Source: Elusimicrobiales bacterium
Lineage (GTDB): Bacteria > Elusimicrobiota > Elusimicrobia > Elusimicrobiales > UBA9959
DNA length: 64,000 nucleotides
Assembly: GCA_050174915.1 (NCBI GenBank)
Contig: JBFXJL010000008.1
Location: 11,990 to 75,989, forward strand
Reading direction: 5' to 3'
How positions within the stretch are numbered: the stretch's first letter is position 1; each line of letters opens with the position of its first letter. Made by a program: the position numbers and the translations under genes. This document shows positions 35,978 through 44,511 of the stretch, piece after piece. The notes beneath the pieces are model-generated. The model did no database searches. It was not told the origin of the DNA and saw only the letters and a list, made by a program, of their open reading frames with translations.

Positions 35978-37120
35978 TCAGGCCAGCAGCGCGCCCTTCT
36001 CCGCCCAGATCTTTTCCATCGACTGCCGCGGCGTGGGCCGCGGCGCGTCCAGTTCGCGCGCTATGACGCCCAGCAGCTCTACCAGGCCGTGGAAATCCGC
36101 CACGGCCACATGCTCCTGGCCCACCCGGGCTTTCCTGCCCTTCGCCACGCCGTCAATGTCGGCCATGTTGTGGTAATTGCCCAGCGGCAGGCACAGGCAG
36201 GTGGAACTGAAGCCATAGAACGAGAAGGCCGAGGCCTCGCAGACCCCGCCGGGCATCAGCTTGCGTTGGAATTTGAAAGCCGGGTTGGCCTTCTGGTAGG
36301 CCGCGGCCGCGTTGGAGATCGTGTTGGTCAGCTCGGGCGTGAACACGCTCATCCTGTCGCCCACGCGCACTATGGGGCCGCCGCCTATGGGCGAATCGTG
36401 CGGGAAGCTGCGGGAACATTCCAGGCAGACCAGCCTGGCGTTTTTCGCCATGGTGCCGCCGCGCGCCGCGCCGATGGCGCCCAAGAAGCCCACCTCCTCG
36501 GCCCTGGTGAACAGCAGGGCCACATGGGCCAGCTTTTTATCCTTCGATAATTCGTCGTAGGCCGTCAGCGCAGCCGCCACCGCGGCCAGGTCGTCGCAGG
36601 CCTGCGTATAGGCCACGCCTTTCTTTATGGAAGCCGCGGGGAATTTCCAGCGGCCCAGGCAGCCGGGCCGCAATTGGGCGGGCTCGCTCAACCGGGCCGT
36701 GACGGTCTTGAAAGGTTTGGCCGCCGGGTCCAGCGAGGTAATGCGGGCGCCGTAGGCGCGCGACAGATCTTCGCTGAAAATTTCTATGACCGCGCCCTTG
36801 AAGTAAGGATCCTGTACCCCGCCGCGGAATTCAAGTTTCACGTCCAGCCCTTCGGCCGAGAGCACGATAAAAGCCGGGTGGTCGAGATGGGCGGTGATGA
36901 AAAGCGGGGCCGTACGGCGGCAGGCACGCTTAAAATCGGCGCGGGTTACCAGCAGGTTGCCGTGCCTGTCGCTGGCCAGTACCAGGCGGCGCCTGGCTTC
37001 TACCCAGGCCCCGATGAAGCGGGTGACGGCCCCCTCGTGCGCGGCCGCCGTGGGCAGCGAAGTCACTTCCAGCAGGAATTTTTCGCGTCTCTTGAGCTCG
37101 GCTGAAGCGGTCTTTTTCAT
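35978..37120 (-). CDS. M42/M28-type metallo-aminopeptidase-like protein
   Basis: ITAHLDHPAFIV, CDDLAAVAAAL and TRAEEVGFLGAIGAA parallel the HMDEIGF / DDR.G / QEEVG.RGA motifs. Start at the ATG with a GGAGG Shine-Dalgarno (37120). Confidence 0.55.
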   Translation of the reverse strand: MKKTASAELKRREKFLLEVTSLPTAAAHEGAVTRFIGAWVEARRRLVLASDRHGNLLVTRADFKRACRRTAPLFITAHLDHPAFIVLSAEGLDVKLEFRGGVQDPYFKGAVIEIFSEDLSRAYGARITSLDPAAKPFKTVTARLSEPAQLRPGCLGRWKFPAASIKKGVAYTQACDDLAAVAAALTAYDELSKDKKLAHVALLFTRAEEVGFLGAIGAARGGTMAKNARLVCLECSRSFPHDSPIGGGPIVRVGDRMSVFTPELTNTISNAAAAYQKANPAFKFQRKLMPGGVCEASAFSFYGFSSTCLCLPLGNYHNMADIDGVAKGRKARVGQEHVAVADFHGLVELLGVIARELDAPRPTPRQSMEKIWAEKGALLA

Positions 37121-37228
37121 AAGCCTCCGTGAGTGGCCTACGGCTGAACGCCGCACGGCCAATCTAGTTTTACCATTTTTCGCCGCCGCTCCGGAAAGGG
37201 GCAGGCCAGTTTTTAATATAATTAAATC

Positions 37229-38254
37229 ATGAAGACTTTACTCTTTTCCCTGCTGCTGGCACTGCCGCCGGCCCTCCCGGCCAAACCCGCCAATAACCCG
37301 GAAGCCAATGTAGAGAAGCGGAAAGCAGCGGCGGCCGAGGCCCCTATCGTACTCACCACCTCCGCCCCCAACTTCTGCCTCTTCGGGGGCCAGACCGGCA
37401 AGCCGGCCAAAGGCGAGGCCTCCTTCATGTCCATTGTCTGGAAGAACGATGTGGTCTACGTGGGCGAGACACATGACCAGGCGCTGGACCACCTGGCGCA
37501 GTACGAGGCGCTCAAGGCCATGAAGATAGCGCGCGGCTCGCGCATCGCCGTCGGCTTCGAGATGCTCAACCAGACCCTGCAGCCGGTGCTCGACGATTAC
37601 GCCGCCGGACGCATCACCGAGGAAGAATTCCTGACCCGGGCCGACTGGAAGAAGGAATGGGGCTTCGATTTTAACATGTACAAGCCGCTGTTCGACTTTA
37701 TCGTCACCCACAAGCTGCGCGCGCTGGCGCTCAACGTGCCGCGCAAGGTGGTGGGCAAGGTGGCCCGCACCGGCCTGGCCAGCCTGACCCCGGAGGAAAA
37801 AGCTTTCCTGCCCGAACAGGTGGAGATCACCTCCCACAAGAAATACAACGAGTACCTGAAGACCGCTTTCGACGCCCACGGCGCCTCGCCGATGGCCAAG
37901 CTGTTCACCCTCGAGAATTACCTGGCCTCCATGGCCGCCTGGAACGAAGGCATGGGGGCGCGCGTGGCGGATTTCCTGACGGCCAACCCCGGCTACGCCG
38001 TGCTGGTGGTGGCCGGCAACGGCCACCTGCGCTACAACGCGGCCATCCCCGCCTCGGTCAAAGCGCGCGTGAAGGGCGTGCGCCAGGCCTCTTTCTATAC
38101 CGAAACCGCCGCCTCCTGCCCGGAGACCATGCCCAAGGAGCACCGGGACCTGGCCAACTACGTGTGGTATATCAACCACCCGCCCAGGCCCGAACCCGCG
38201 CCGGCCGCCCCGCCCTCGGCCAGCACCGCCCCTGCCGGGTCGCCGGCGCAATAG
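37229..38254 (+). CDS. ChaN/Tiki-superfamily (PF04187-like) secreted protein
   Basis: Signal peptide, then VVYVGETHDQALDHLAQYEALKAM...IAVGFEMLNQTLQPVLDDY...LRALALNVP, typical of ChaN-like haem-uptake-associated proteins. Confidence 0.6.
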   Translation: MKTLLFSLLLALPPALPAKPANNPEANVEKRKAAAAEAPIVLTTSAPNFCLFGGQTGKPAKGEASFMSIVWKNDVVYVGETHDQALDHLAQYEALKAMKIARGSRIAVGFEMLNQTLQPVLDDYAAGRITEEEFLTRADWKKEWGFDFNMYKPLFDFIVTHKLRALALNVPRKVVGKVARTGLASLTPEEKAFLPEQVEITSHKKYNEYLKTAFDAHGASPMAKLFTLENYLASMAAWNEGMGARVADFLTANPGYAVLVVAGNGHLRYNAAIPASVKARVKGVRQASFYTETAASCPETMPKEHRDLANYVWYINHPPRPEPAPAAPPSASTAPAGSPAQ

Positions 38255-38328
38255 GCGCAGCCGGCCGACGCCGGAGTTGCGGGAACGGCCCCTATTTCCT
38301 ATCATTCATTTCAGGTTAGGAGGATAAA

Positions 38329-39117
38329 ATGAAAATATTACTGAACATAGCGCTCGCGCTGGCCGTAGCCGCGCCCGGGCTCTGCCAGGCCGGCGAAGAA
38401 GCCGCTCAGAAAAAGAACCTGCTCACCCGCGACGAGGTGACGGTCTTCAAGAAAAAGCTGGTCAGCGTGCTCGACGCCCTGGGGCTGCCGCCGGCCGGGT
38501 TCACAAAGCAGAAGGACGACTTCAACCTGCCCACCGAATTCTACCTGGAGAAAGGAAAAATCGTCTCCAACCAGGCCGGCGCCACCCGCCGCTACGCCAT
38601 CAAGGGCGTGAAAGAGGCCGAGGCCGCCACCAGGCAGGCCGGCGTGGACTACCAGAAGAAGATCCTGGAGGCCCAGGCCAAGGGCGATTACCAGGAGATG
38701 ACCCGCATCATGCAGGAGATGCAGACCAAGACCAGCCAGACCACGCTGGCCGGCGTGAAGGCGCAGGAGGAGAAGAAACTCCCCATAGAGGTGCAGGTGG
38801 AATTCAACCGCTCAGAGCAGACCGGCATAGACCCGGACCTGGTGGTGGTGGAGCGGGAAGGCGTGCTGGGACTAAAGACGCAGCAGGGCGAGGAAGGGGA
38901 CCCGCAGGGGACCGTGACGCTCTACTTCCAGCCCGTTACCCTCAAGGACACCAAGACCCTCTCCCAGATAGAGCTCAAGACCGGCCCGGTGCCGGCCAAG
39001 ACCAGCGTCTCGTCCATAACCATAGAGCTACAGGGCCCGGCGGCCGAAGTTGAAGCCTGGGCCTCCCGCATGGACTTCAAAAAAGTGCTGGCGCAGATAG
39101 ACGCCACCGTGAAATAG
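38329..39117 (+). CDS. hypothetical secreted protein (262 aa)
   Basis: AGGAGG Shine-Dalgarno and signal peptide MKILLNIALALAVAAPGLCQAG. No recognised domain. Confidence 0.6.
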   Translation: MKILLNIALALAVAAPGLCQAGEEAAQKKNLLTRDEVTVFKKKLVSVLDALGLPPAGFTKQKDDFNLPTEFYLEKGKIVSNQAGATRRYAIKGVKEAEAATRQAGVDYQKKILEAQAKGDYQEMTRIMQEMQTKTSQTTLAGVKAQEEKKLPIEVQVEFNRSEQTGIDPDLVVVEREGVLGLKTQQGEEGDPQGTVTLYFQPVTLKDTKTLSQIELKTGPVPAKTSVSSITIELQGPAAEVEAWASRMDFKKVLAQIDATVK

Positions 39118-39131
39118 CGCGCCGGCCGTAT

Positions 39132-39166
39132 AAAAAAACCGCCGGGAGGTCCCGGCGGTTTTTTTG
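39132..39166. terminator. bidirectional intrinsic terminator
   Basis: AAAAAAACCGCCGGG-aggt-CCCGGCGGTTTTTTT. Confidence 0.8.
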
Positions 39167-39193
39167 CGCCCTCTGACCGGGGCGGCTTTGCTC

Positions 39194-40648
39194 TTACTTC
39201 GGCATGGGCTGAGTCCACACGGCGTAGCGCTCGCCCGTGGCGGCCAGCGTCCAGCCCTCGCCGGGGTTCCAGCCCCAGTTGCGGCCGAGCTTGAGCACCA
39301 CGCGCTTGTGCTCGCCGTCTATCACGGCGGCGTAGAGCTCGTTGGCGGCCTGCAGCACCAGCATGCTGCTGGTGGAGGTGATGCCAGCGGCCTTCCGGAT
39401 ATTGATCAGCGCCTGGATGCGGGCGCGGTAGTCGGCGCCCCAGTCGAAGAAATGGGGCCAGAACACCGACGGGATGCCGGGGTGCGTGAGCAGGTAGGCG
39501 TAGCCCATCAAGCGCTGCGTGCGGTATTCCTGGGAGGCGTTGGGCAGGAAGTTCACGTCGCGCGGCGAGGTGTCGTGGTTCTCTATGAAGGTGACGGACT
39601 TGGCGGGCCACCAGCCTATCATGCCGGAAGGGCGGCCGCCCTCGTTGAGGATCTCGTAGCGCTCGCTCTCCACCGCGGAGACCAGGTTGTAGCGCGTGGT
39701 GAAGTCGAAGATGGTGGAGGCGTTCTTCTTGCCGGGGCCGTTATCGGTGCCGTCCACCCAGTTAGCCAGCAACTGGCGGTTGGAGTCGTAGAACTCGCCC
39801 ACCGAGAATAGCGGGCTGGAGGCCTCGTTGTACTGCCCGACATAATGCGGCGGATAGCCTTTCACCATGTCGTAGCGCCAGCCGTCGAAGCCCACGGTAT
39901 TGCGCAGCCAGCGCAGGAAAACCTTGGTGTCGTTCTGCACCACCGGCAGGCGGTGGTCGAGGTCCCGGCAGCCGAAGTCGCCCTGTCCCTCGTCGTCATA
40001 CATGCTTTTCGGGGAACCCTGCCACTCGTCGTTGCGCACGATGGCGGTGGTGGGCCAGTCCGGGTTGGTGAAGTCGGCCCAGTCCTTGGTGCCGTTGCGG
40101 TGGTTGAGAATGATGTCGGCCACCACTTTAACGCCGGCGCCGTGCATGGCTTTCACGGCCCTGAAGAGTTCTTCTTTCTTGCCCCACTGCGAATCCAGGT
40201 TGTACCACTGGTTCGGGTAGTAGCTGCCGTTGGAGACCGGCGGGAACCAGACCAGGTCGAAGCCGGCGCGGCCCACGTCGCCGGCCCGGTCGGCCAGCAC
40301 GCCCCACCAGCCCTTGGGCGGGTGGTACCAGTAATCGTCGGCGTACCAGTGGAAGCCCTGCAGCAGGATCAATTTGCTGTTCTCGGTGTCCAGGCGCTGC
40401 TGCTTGGGCGGCTTGAAGGCGGAATCGGAGTAGCGGTTTTTGGCGTCCAGCCAGTAGGAGCGGGGCACGCTGAGCGGCGAGTTCTCCAGGCGGGAGGGCG
40501 CCGGTTCGGCGAAGCTGAAGTCGCGGGGCCCGGCCTGCTCGCGAAGCAGGTCGGCCGCGGGGCCCGCGTTGAGGGCCGGCAGGGCCGAAAAAAAGAGAGT
40601 AAGGAAAGCCGGAAAGGAACGGAAAAACCTGTTTTCTGACAGCATCAT
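39194..40648 (-). CDS. secreted alpha-amylase, GH13 (plant/archaeal-like subfamily)
   Basis: ILLQGFHWY, DIILNHR, GWRYDMVKG, FIENHDT. N-terminal signal peptide. Confidence 0.85.
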   Translation of the reverse strand: MMLSENRFFRSFPAFLTLFFSALPALNAGPAADLLREQAGPRDFSFAEPAPSRLENSPLSVPRSYWLDAKNRYSDSAFKPPKQQRLDTENSKLILLQGFHWYADDYWYHPPKGWWGVLADRAGDVGRAGFDLVWFPPVSNGSYYPNQWYNLDSQWGKKEELFRAVKAMHGAGVKVVADIILNHRNGTKDWADFTNPDWPTTAIVRNDEWQGSPKSMYDDEGQGDFGCRDLDHRLPVVQNDTKVFLRWLRNTVGFDGWRYDMVKGYPPHYVGQYNEASSPLFSVGEFYDSNRQLLANWVDGTDNGPGKKNASTIFDFTTRYNLVSAVESERYEILNEGGRPSGMIGWWPAKSVTFIENHDTSPRDVNFLPNASQEYRTQRLMGYAYLLTHPGIPSVFWPHFFDWGADYRARIQALINIRKAAGITSTSSMLVLQAANELYAAVIDGEHKRVVLKLGRNWGWNPGEGWTLAATGERYAVWTQPMPK

Positions 40649-40738
40649 TCACCCCTGTACCGTGATGTTGCGACAGTATATTATACAACCTGGCGCGGCA
40701 GGCGCGAGGGCCATAAGGCCCCCTCCGGCCTGGGCCCG

Positions 40739-41260
40739 TCAGCAGCTGACCAGGTCCACGCTGAAGGCGGCGTCGTTGAGCACCAAATTCAGGCTCTGGC
40801 CGGCGGCCTCCCCGTAAACGTAGTTGCTCTCCTGCAGGGCGGCGTTCCAGCGCTTGAACTCCTCGCGGGGCCAGGCCCAAACGTCCACCTTGTCGCCGTT
40901 GCGTATCTCTTTGTCCACCACGCCGCGCTGGCGCTGGCCGGCGTGCACGTCTTCCTTGAGCACCACCAGGCGGCCTTCCTTGATGCGGCGGGCCACCTTG
41001 ACCAGCTTATTCTCGGCCACGTTGCCGCATTCCACCCAGGTCTTTATGCCCCCCAGGCCGTCGGCCACCAGCAGGTCCGGCACGAAGCCGATATCCGCCA
41101 GCACCGGGTCGTTGGGGCCGGGCTCCGTCGGCTCTCCGTCGAAGAAAAGGATGGCGGCGGTCAGGCGCAGGGCCAGGTGCTCGTGCGTCTCCTCGTCGTT
41201 GCCCACAATGATCACGCGGCGGCTGCCGCCATTGATATTAAGTTCGCAGCGAAGGGTCAT
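40739..41260 (-). CDS. yaeQ: YaeQ family protein (PD-(D/E)xK-like)
   Basis: ETHEHLALRLTAAILF and IKTWVECG parallel E. coli YaeQ ETQERMMLRLLAWLKY and IDLWIELG. Similar length (173 aa). Confidence 0.6.
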   Translation of the reverse strand: MTLRCELNINGGSRRVIIVGNDEETHEHLALRLTAAILFFDGEPTEPGPNDPVLADIGFVPDLLVADGLGGIKTWVECGNVAENKLVKVARRIKEGRLVVLKEDVHAGQRQRGVVDKEIRNGDKVDVWAWPREEFKRWNAALQESNYVYGEAAGQSLNLVLNDAAFSVDLVSC

Positions 41261-41283
41261 AAGGTTTTTACCGGGGAAGGCGG

Positions 41284-43116
41284 CTAGTCGCTTTCAACGG
41301 GGCCACCCTCCAGGTACAGCTTCATTTCGCAGCGGGCGCAGTCGAATTCCAGGCGGAACTTGTGCCCCTCCGCGTCCTCCATGAACAGCGGCTCCACTTC
41401 TTTGCCCTTGCGGCACAGGCCCAGCTGCCGCCTCAGACAGAACTTGCTGGTCATCAGCGGTTTGCCGGCCATGCTGGCGCCGCCCTCGGCGGCCATCGCG
41501 ATCTCCTTGACGCCGTGGCGCTTATAGAAGGCCGCGGCCAGGGAATTGAGCACGTTGCCGGTATGGTCCAGCTTGTCCGTGGGGTAGGGATAGTCGTTGG
41601 GGACCAGTTTAATTTCCTCGCGGGCCGAGGGCAGCGCGGCCGCCGCCCGCTCCAGCGCGGCCAGCGCGTCGCGGCGCAGGTCGTTGAGGGCCGAGACCGG
41701 CAGGAAATACGGCTTGGAGAGCTTCAGGTCCAGGGCTTCCAGGTAGAAGTCAGTCTCGCCCAGCTTGGAGAGCTGCTTGCGCATGGTGTCGAGCGCCTGC
41801 TCGGGCTTCTGTGCCTGGGACTTAACGCCGCGCCACTTGGCCTCACCGGCGGCGCCGCGCTCGTCGGAGGCCTTGAGCAGGAAGCCGCCGTCGCAGTCCG
41901 AGAACTCCAGCCGCAGGGCGAACTTACGCTGCGCGCCCTCGCGCTCCAGCGCCCGCATGAACTCCTTGTCCAGGTTGCGGTACACCAGCGTGCCGTTCTC
42001 CATGCCTTTCAGGTTGTCGGCGCGCACGCGGCCATCCAGCACGCCGTTGACCAGCGACCCGGCCAGCGTGCCGGTCTTGTCGAAATAGCTGATACCGTCG
42101 CCGGGGTGCAGCCTCTCGGCGCCGTGCAGCCGGAAGGAGCCGTTCTTGACGTCGGTGGCCGGGCCCAGCTTTTCCCCCACGAACTTGGGCGTGTCGGGCG
42201 AGGCCACGTCGGCCGGGTTGCCGTCTATGAAATATTCCGTGTAGCCGCGGTTGAAGGTCTTGGCGGGGTTGGGCTCGAAACCCGCGAAGCTACGCCCTAT
42301 GGAGGCGCGGGCGTAGCCCTTCTTCTCTATCACCTTGTCCAGCTCGCGGCGGTAGAAGGAGACGATGTTGCGCACGTAGTCGCGGTCCTTCAGCCGGCCC
42401 TCGATCTTGAACGAGGTCACGCCGGCCGCGGCCAGGTGGGCCAGGCGCCGGGAGAGGTTGAGGTCCTTGAGCGACAGCAGGTGCTTGTTGACGGCGATGG
42501 TGTCGCCGGAGGCGTCCTTGAGCGTGTAGAGCTTGCGGCAGGGCTGGGCGCATTCGCCGCGGTTGCCGCTGCGGCCGCCGAGCGTGCAGGAGAGGTAGCA
42601 CTGGCCGCTGTAGCAGACGCAGAGGGCGCCGTGCACGAAGCTCTCCAATTCCACGGAGGTCGCGGCGCGGATCGCCTTTATCTGCTCGAGCGACAGCTCG
42701 CGCGCCAGGATGACGCGCTTGAAGCCCGCCTTTTCCAGGAACAGCACCTTCTCGGGCGTGGTGTTATGCGTCTGCGTGCTGGCGATCAGGGGGATGGGCG
42801 GCAGGCCCGCCTCGAGCAGCCCCATGTCCTGCACTATCAGCGCGTCGGCGCCGGCCTCCCAGATGCGGCGCACCAGTAGCCGCGCGCGGGAGAGTTCCTC
42901 CTCGTGCATGATCGTGTTCAGCGCCACGTAGACCTTGGCGCGGTACTTGTGCGCGTAGGAGGCCAGCCGCTCGATGTCGGCGATGTCGTTGCCGGCCGAG
43001 ACGCGGGCGCTGAAGCGCTCGGCGCCGATGTAGACGGCGTCGGCGCCGCAGTTCACCGCGTCTATGCCGCAGGCCAGGTTCTTGGCGGGGGCGAGGAGTT
43101 CTATTTTTTCAGCCAT
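41284..43116 (-). CDS. U32 family peptidase / RlhA(YdcP)-like protein
   Basis: ELLAPAKNL..GIDAVNCGADAVYIG and the Cys-rich signature E.FVHGALCVCYSGQCYLS...GRSGNRGECAQPCR. Confidence 0.8.
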   Translation of the reverse strand: MAEKIELLAPAKNLACGIDAVNCGADAVYIGAERFSARVSAGNDIADIERLASYAHKYRAKVYVALNTIMHEEELSRARLLVRRIWEAGADALIVQDMGLLEAGLPPIPLIASTQTHNTTPEKVLFLEKAGFKRVILARELSLEQIKAIRAATSVELESFVHGALCVCYSGQCYLSCTLGGRSGNRGECAQPCRKLYTLKDASGDTIAVNKHLLSLKDLNLSRRLAHLAAAGVTSFKIEGRLKDRDYVRNIVSFYRRELDKVIEKKGYARASIGRSFAGFEPNPAKTFNRGYTEYFIDGNPADVASPDTPKFVGEKLGPATDVKNGSFRLHGAERLHPGDGISYFDKTGTLAGSLVNGVLDGRVRADNLKGMENGTLVYRNLDKEFMRALEREGAQRKFALRLEFSDCDGGFLLKASDERGAAGEAKWRGVKSQAQKPEQALDTMRKQLSKLGETDFYLEALDLKLSKPYFLPVSALNDLRRDALAALERAAAALPSAREEIKLVPNDYPYPTDKLDHTGNVLNSLAAAFYKRHGVKEIAMAAEGGASMAGKPLMTSKFCLRRQLGLCRKGKEVEPLFMEDAEGHKFRLEFDCARCEMKLYLEGGPVESD

Positions 43117-43459
43117 GATATATCCAGTAGGGAAGCAGCAGCGTCAGCGCGATCCAGACCACCTGCCAGGGCAGCGCGCTGCGCTCGGGGTAAAGCCTGT
43201 CCGTAAGTATCAGCCAGGTCTTGCGCCAGATGCGCCAGCCGAAGAAAAGCACCGCGCCGCCGGCGGCGCAACCGGTAAGCGGGTCCGCTATCTTCCGCCA
43301 GGAGCCGCCCTCGGCCAGCAGCGCCGAAAGCCGGTAGAGGTTGAGCGCCGTATAGTGCAGCGCCACCAGCGTCAGCGGCAGCAGCCAGGCCAGGCGCAGG
43401 CCCAGCACCAGCCGCACGAATTTGCGCGACGGGCGCTGGGGCCGGCCGCCCCGCTTCAT
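43109..43459 (-). CDS. small membrane protein (116 aa)
   Basis: Three or four hydrophobic helices. Overlaps both neighbouring genes (8 nt and 4 nt). Confidence 0.5.
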   Translation of the reverse strand: MKRGGRPQRPSRKFVRLVLGLRLAWLLPLTLVALHYTALNLYRLSALLAEGGSWRKIADPLTGCAAGGAVLFFGWRIWRKTWLILTDRLYPERSALPWQVVWIALTLLLPYWIYHG

Positions 43460-44490
43460 CCAGCCCTGCCGGGACCCGGGCCCCCCGCGAAATCCGCGTC
43501 GATCTTGTAGTACTTGTAGGTCAGCTTGGCCACCCGGGCGATGAAAGTCTTGGCGCTGGCGTAGCTGGGCACCTCGGCGGTGAGCACGGCTATCACGAAA
43601 TCCCCGCGCGGAGAGAACACCACGCCCACGTCGTGGCAGGCTTTGCGCAGCAGGCCGGTCTTATGGCCTATCTCCCAACCCAGCGGCAGGCCGCGGCGCA
43701 GGCGGCTGCGGCTCTTGGTATGTTTGAGCACGTCCAGCATGAACTCGCTGGCCTCGCGGTCCACCAGTTTCCCGGCGTAGATCCGCTCCATCAGGCCACC
43801 CATCTCGCGGGCGGTGGTATAATTCTCCCGGCGCACCGGCCGCGAGGAGAGGCTCATGCCCTCAGGGGTGATATTGGTCTGTTCCAGGTCCATCTCCCGG
43901 AAAGCGCCGGAGAGGTAGTCCATGCCCACGGCGTCTATCAGCATCTTCGTGGCAGTATTGTCGCTCTCGGTGATCATCTTGTAGATGATCTCCATCACGG
44001 AGAGGGAAGTGCCTTCACGCACCCATTTCAAAGAGCCGGAGCCGCCCACGCGCAGACCGCGGGTCAGCTTTATCTGGGTGTCCAGGCTGAGCTGCCCGGC
44101 GCGGATGCTCTCGAAGACAGCGGCCATGATCGGCACCTTGATCAGGCTGGCGGACGGGAACCTGCGGTCCGCGTTGTACTCCCAGGACTTGCCGGTCTCG
44201 AGGTCCTTGATATAGATGCCCACGCGGCCGCGGTAGGCGCGCGAGGCCTTCTCGAGGTCTTCCACCAGCTGCAGCCACTCGGCGTCCCGGATCGGGGCTT
44301 CAATCACCCGTTTGGGCTCCGGCTCCGCGCCGGTGATCAGGGCTACGGCGCGGTAGACGGCGAAAGCGCCGCCCGCGGCTATCAGCAGCGCCAGCAGGCC
44401 CTTGCCCGCGAGCCTGTAAAAGCCGCCGCCCCCCGGCTTGCGCGCGGGGGTCGGGGCATGGGGCTGGCTGTGGGCTCGGTGAGGCTGCAA
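43456..44490 (-). CDS. class A beta-lactamase-like serine hydrolase, membrane-anchored
   Basis: SxxK (SASLIK), SDN (ESDNTAT), KTG (GHKTG). N-terminal TM anchor. Confidence 0.75.
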   Translation of the reverse strand: MQPHRAHSQPHAPTPARKPGGGGFYRLAGKGLLALLIAAGGAFAVYRAVALITGAEPEPKRVIEAPIRDAEWLQLVEDLEKASRAYRGRVGIYIKDLETGKSWEYNADRRFPSASLIKVPIMAAVFESIRAGQLSLDTQIKLTRGLRVGGSGSLKWVREGTSLSVMEIIYKMITESDNTATKMLIDAVGMDYLSGAFREMDLEQTNITPEGMSLSSRPVRRENYTTAREMGGLMERIYAGKLVDREASEFMLDVLKHTKSRSRLRRGLPLGWEIGHKTGLLRKACHDVGVVFSPRGDFVIAVLTAEVPSYASAKTFIARVAKLTYKYYKIDADFAGGPGPGRAG

Positions 44491-44511
44491 GCTGTAGTCC
44501 CCGGGGAGGGC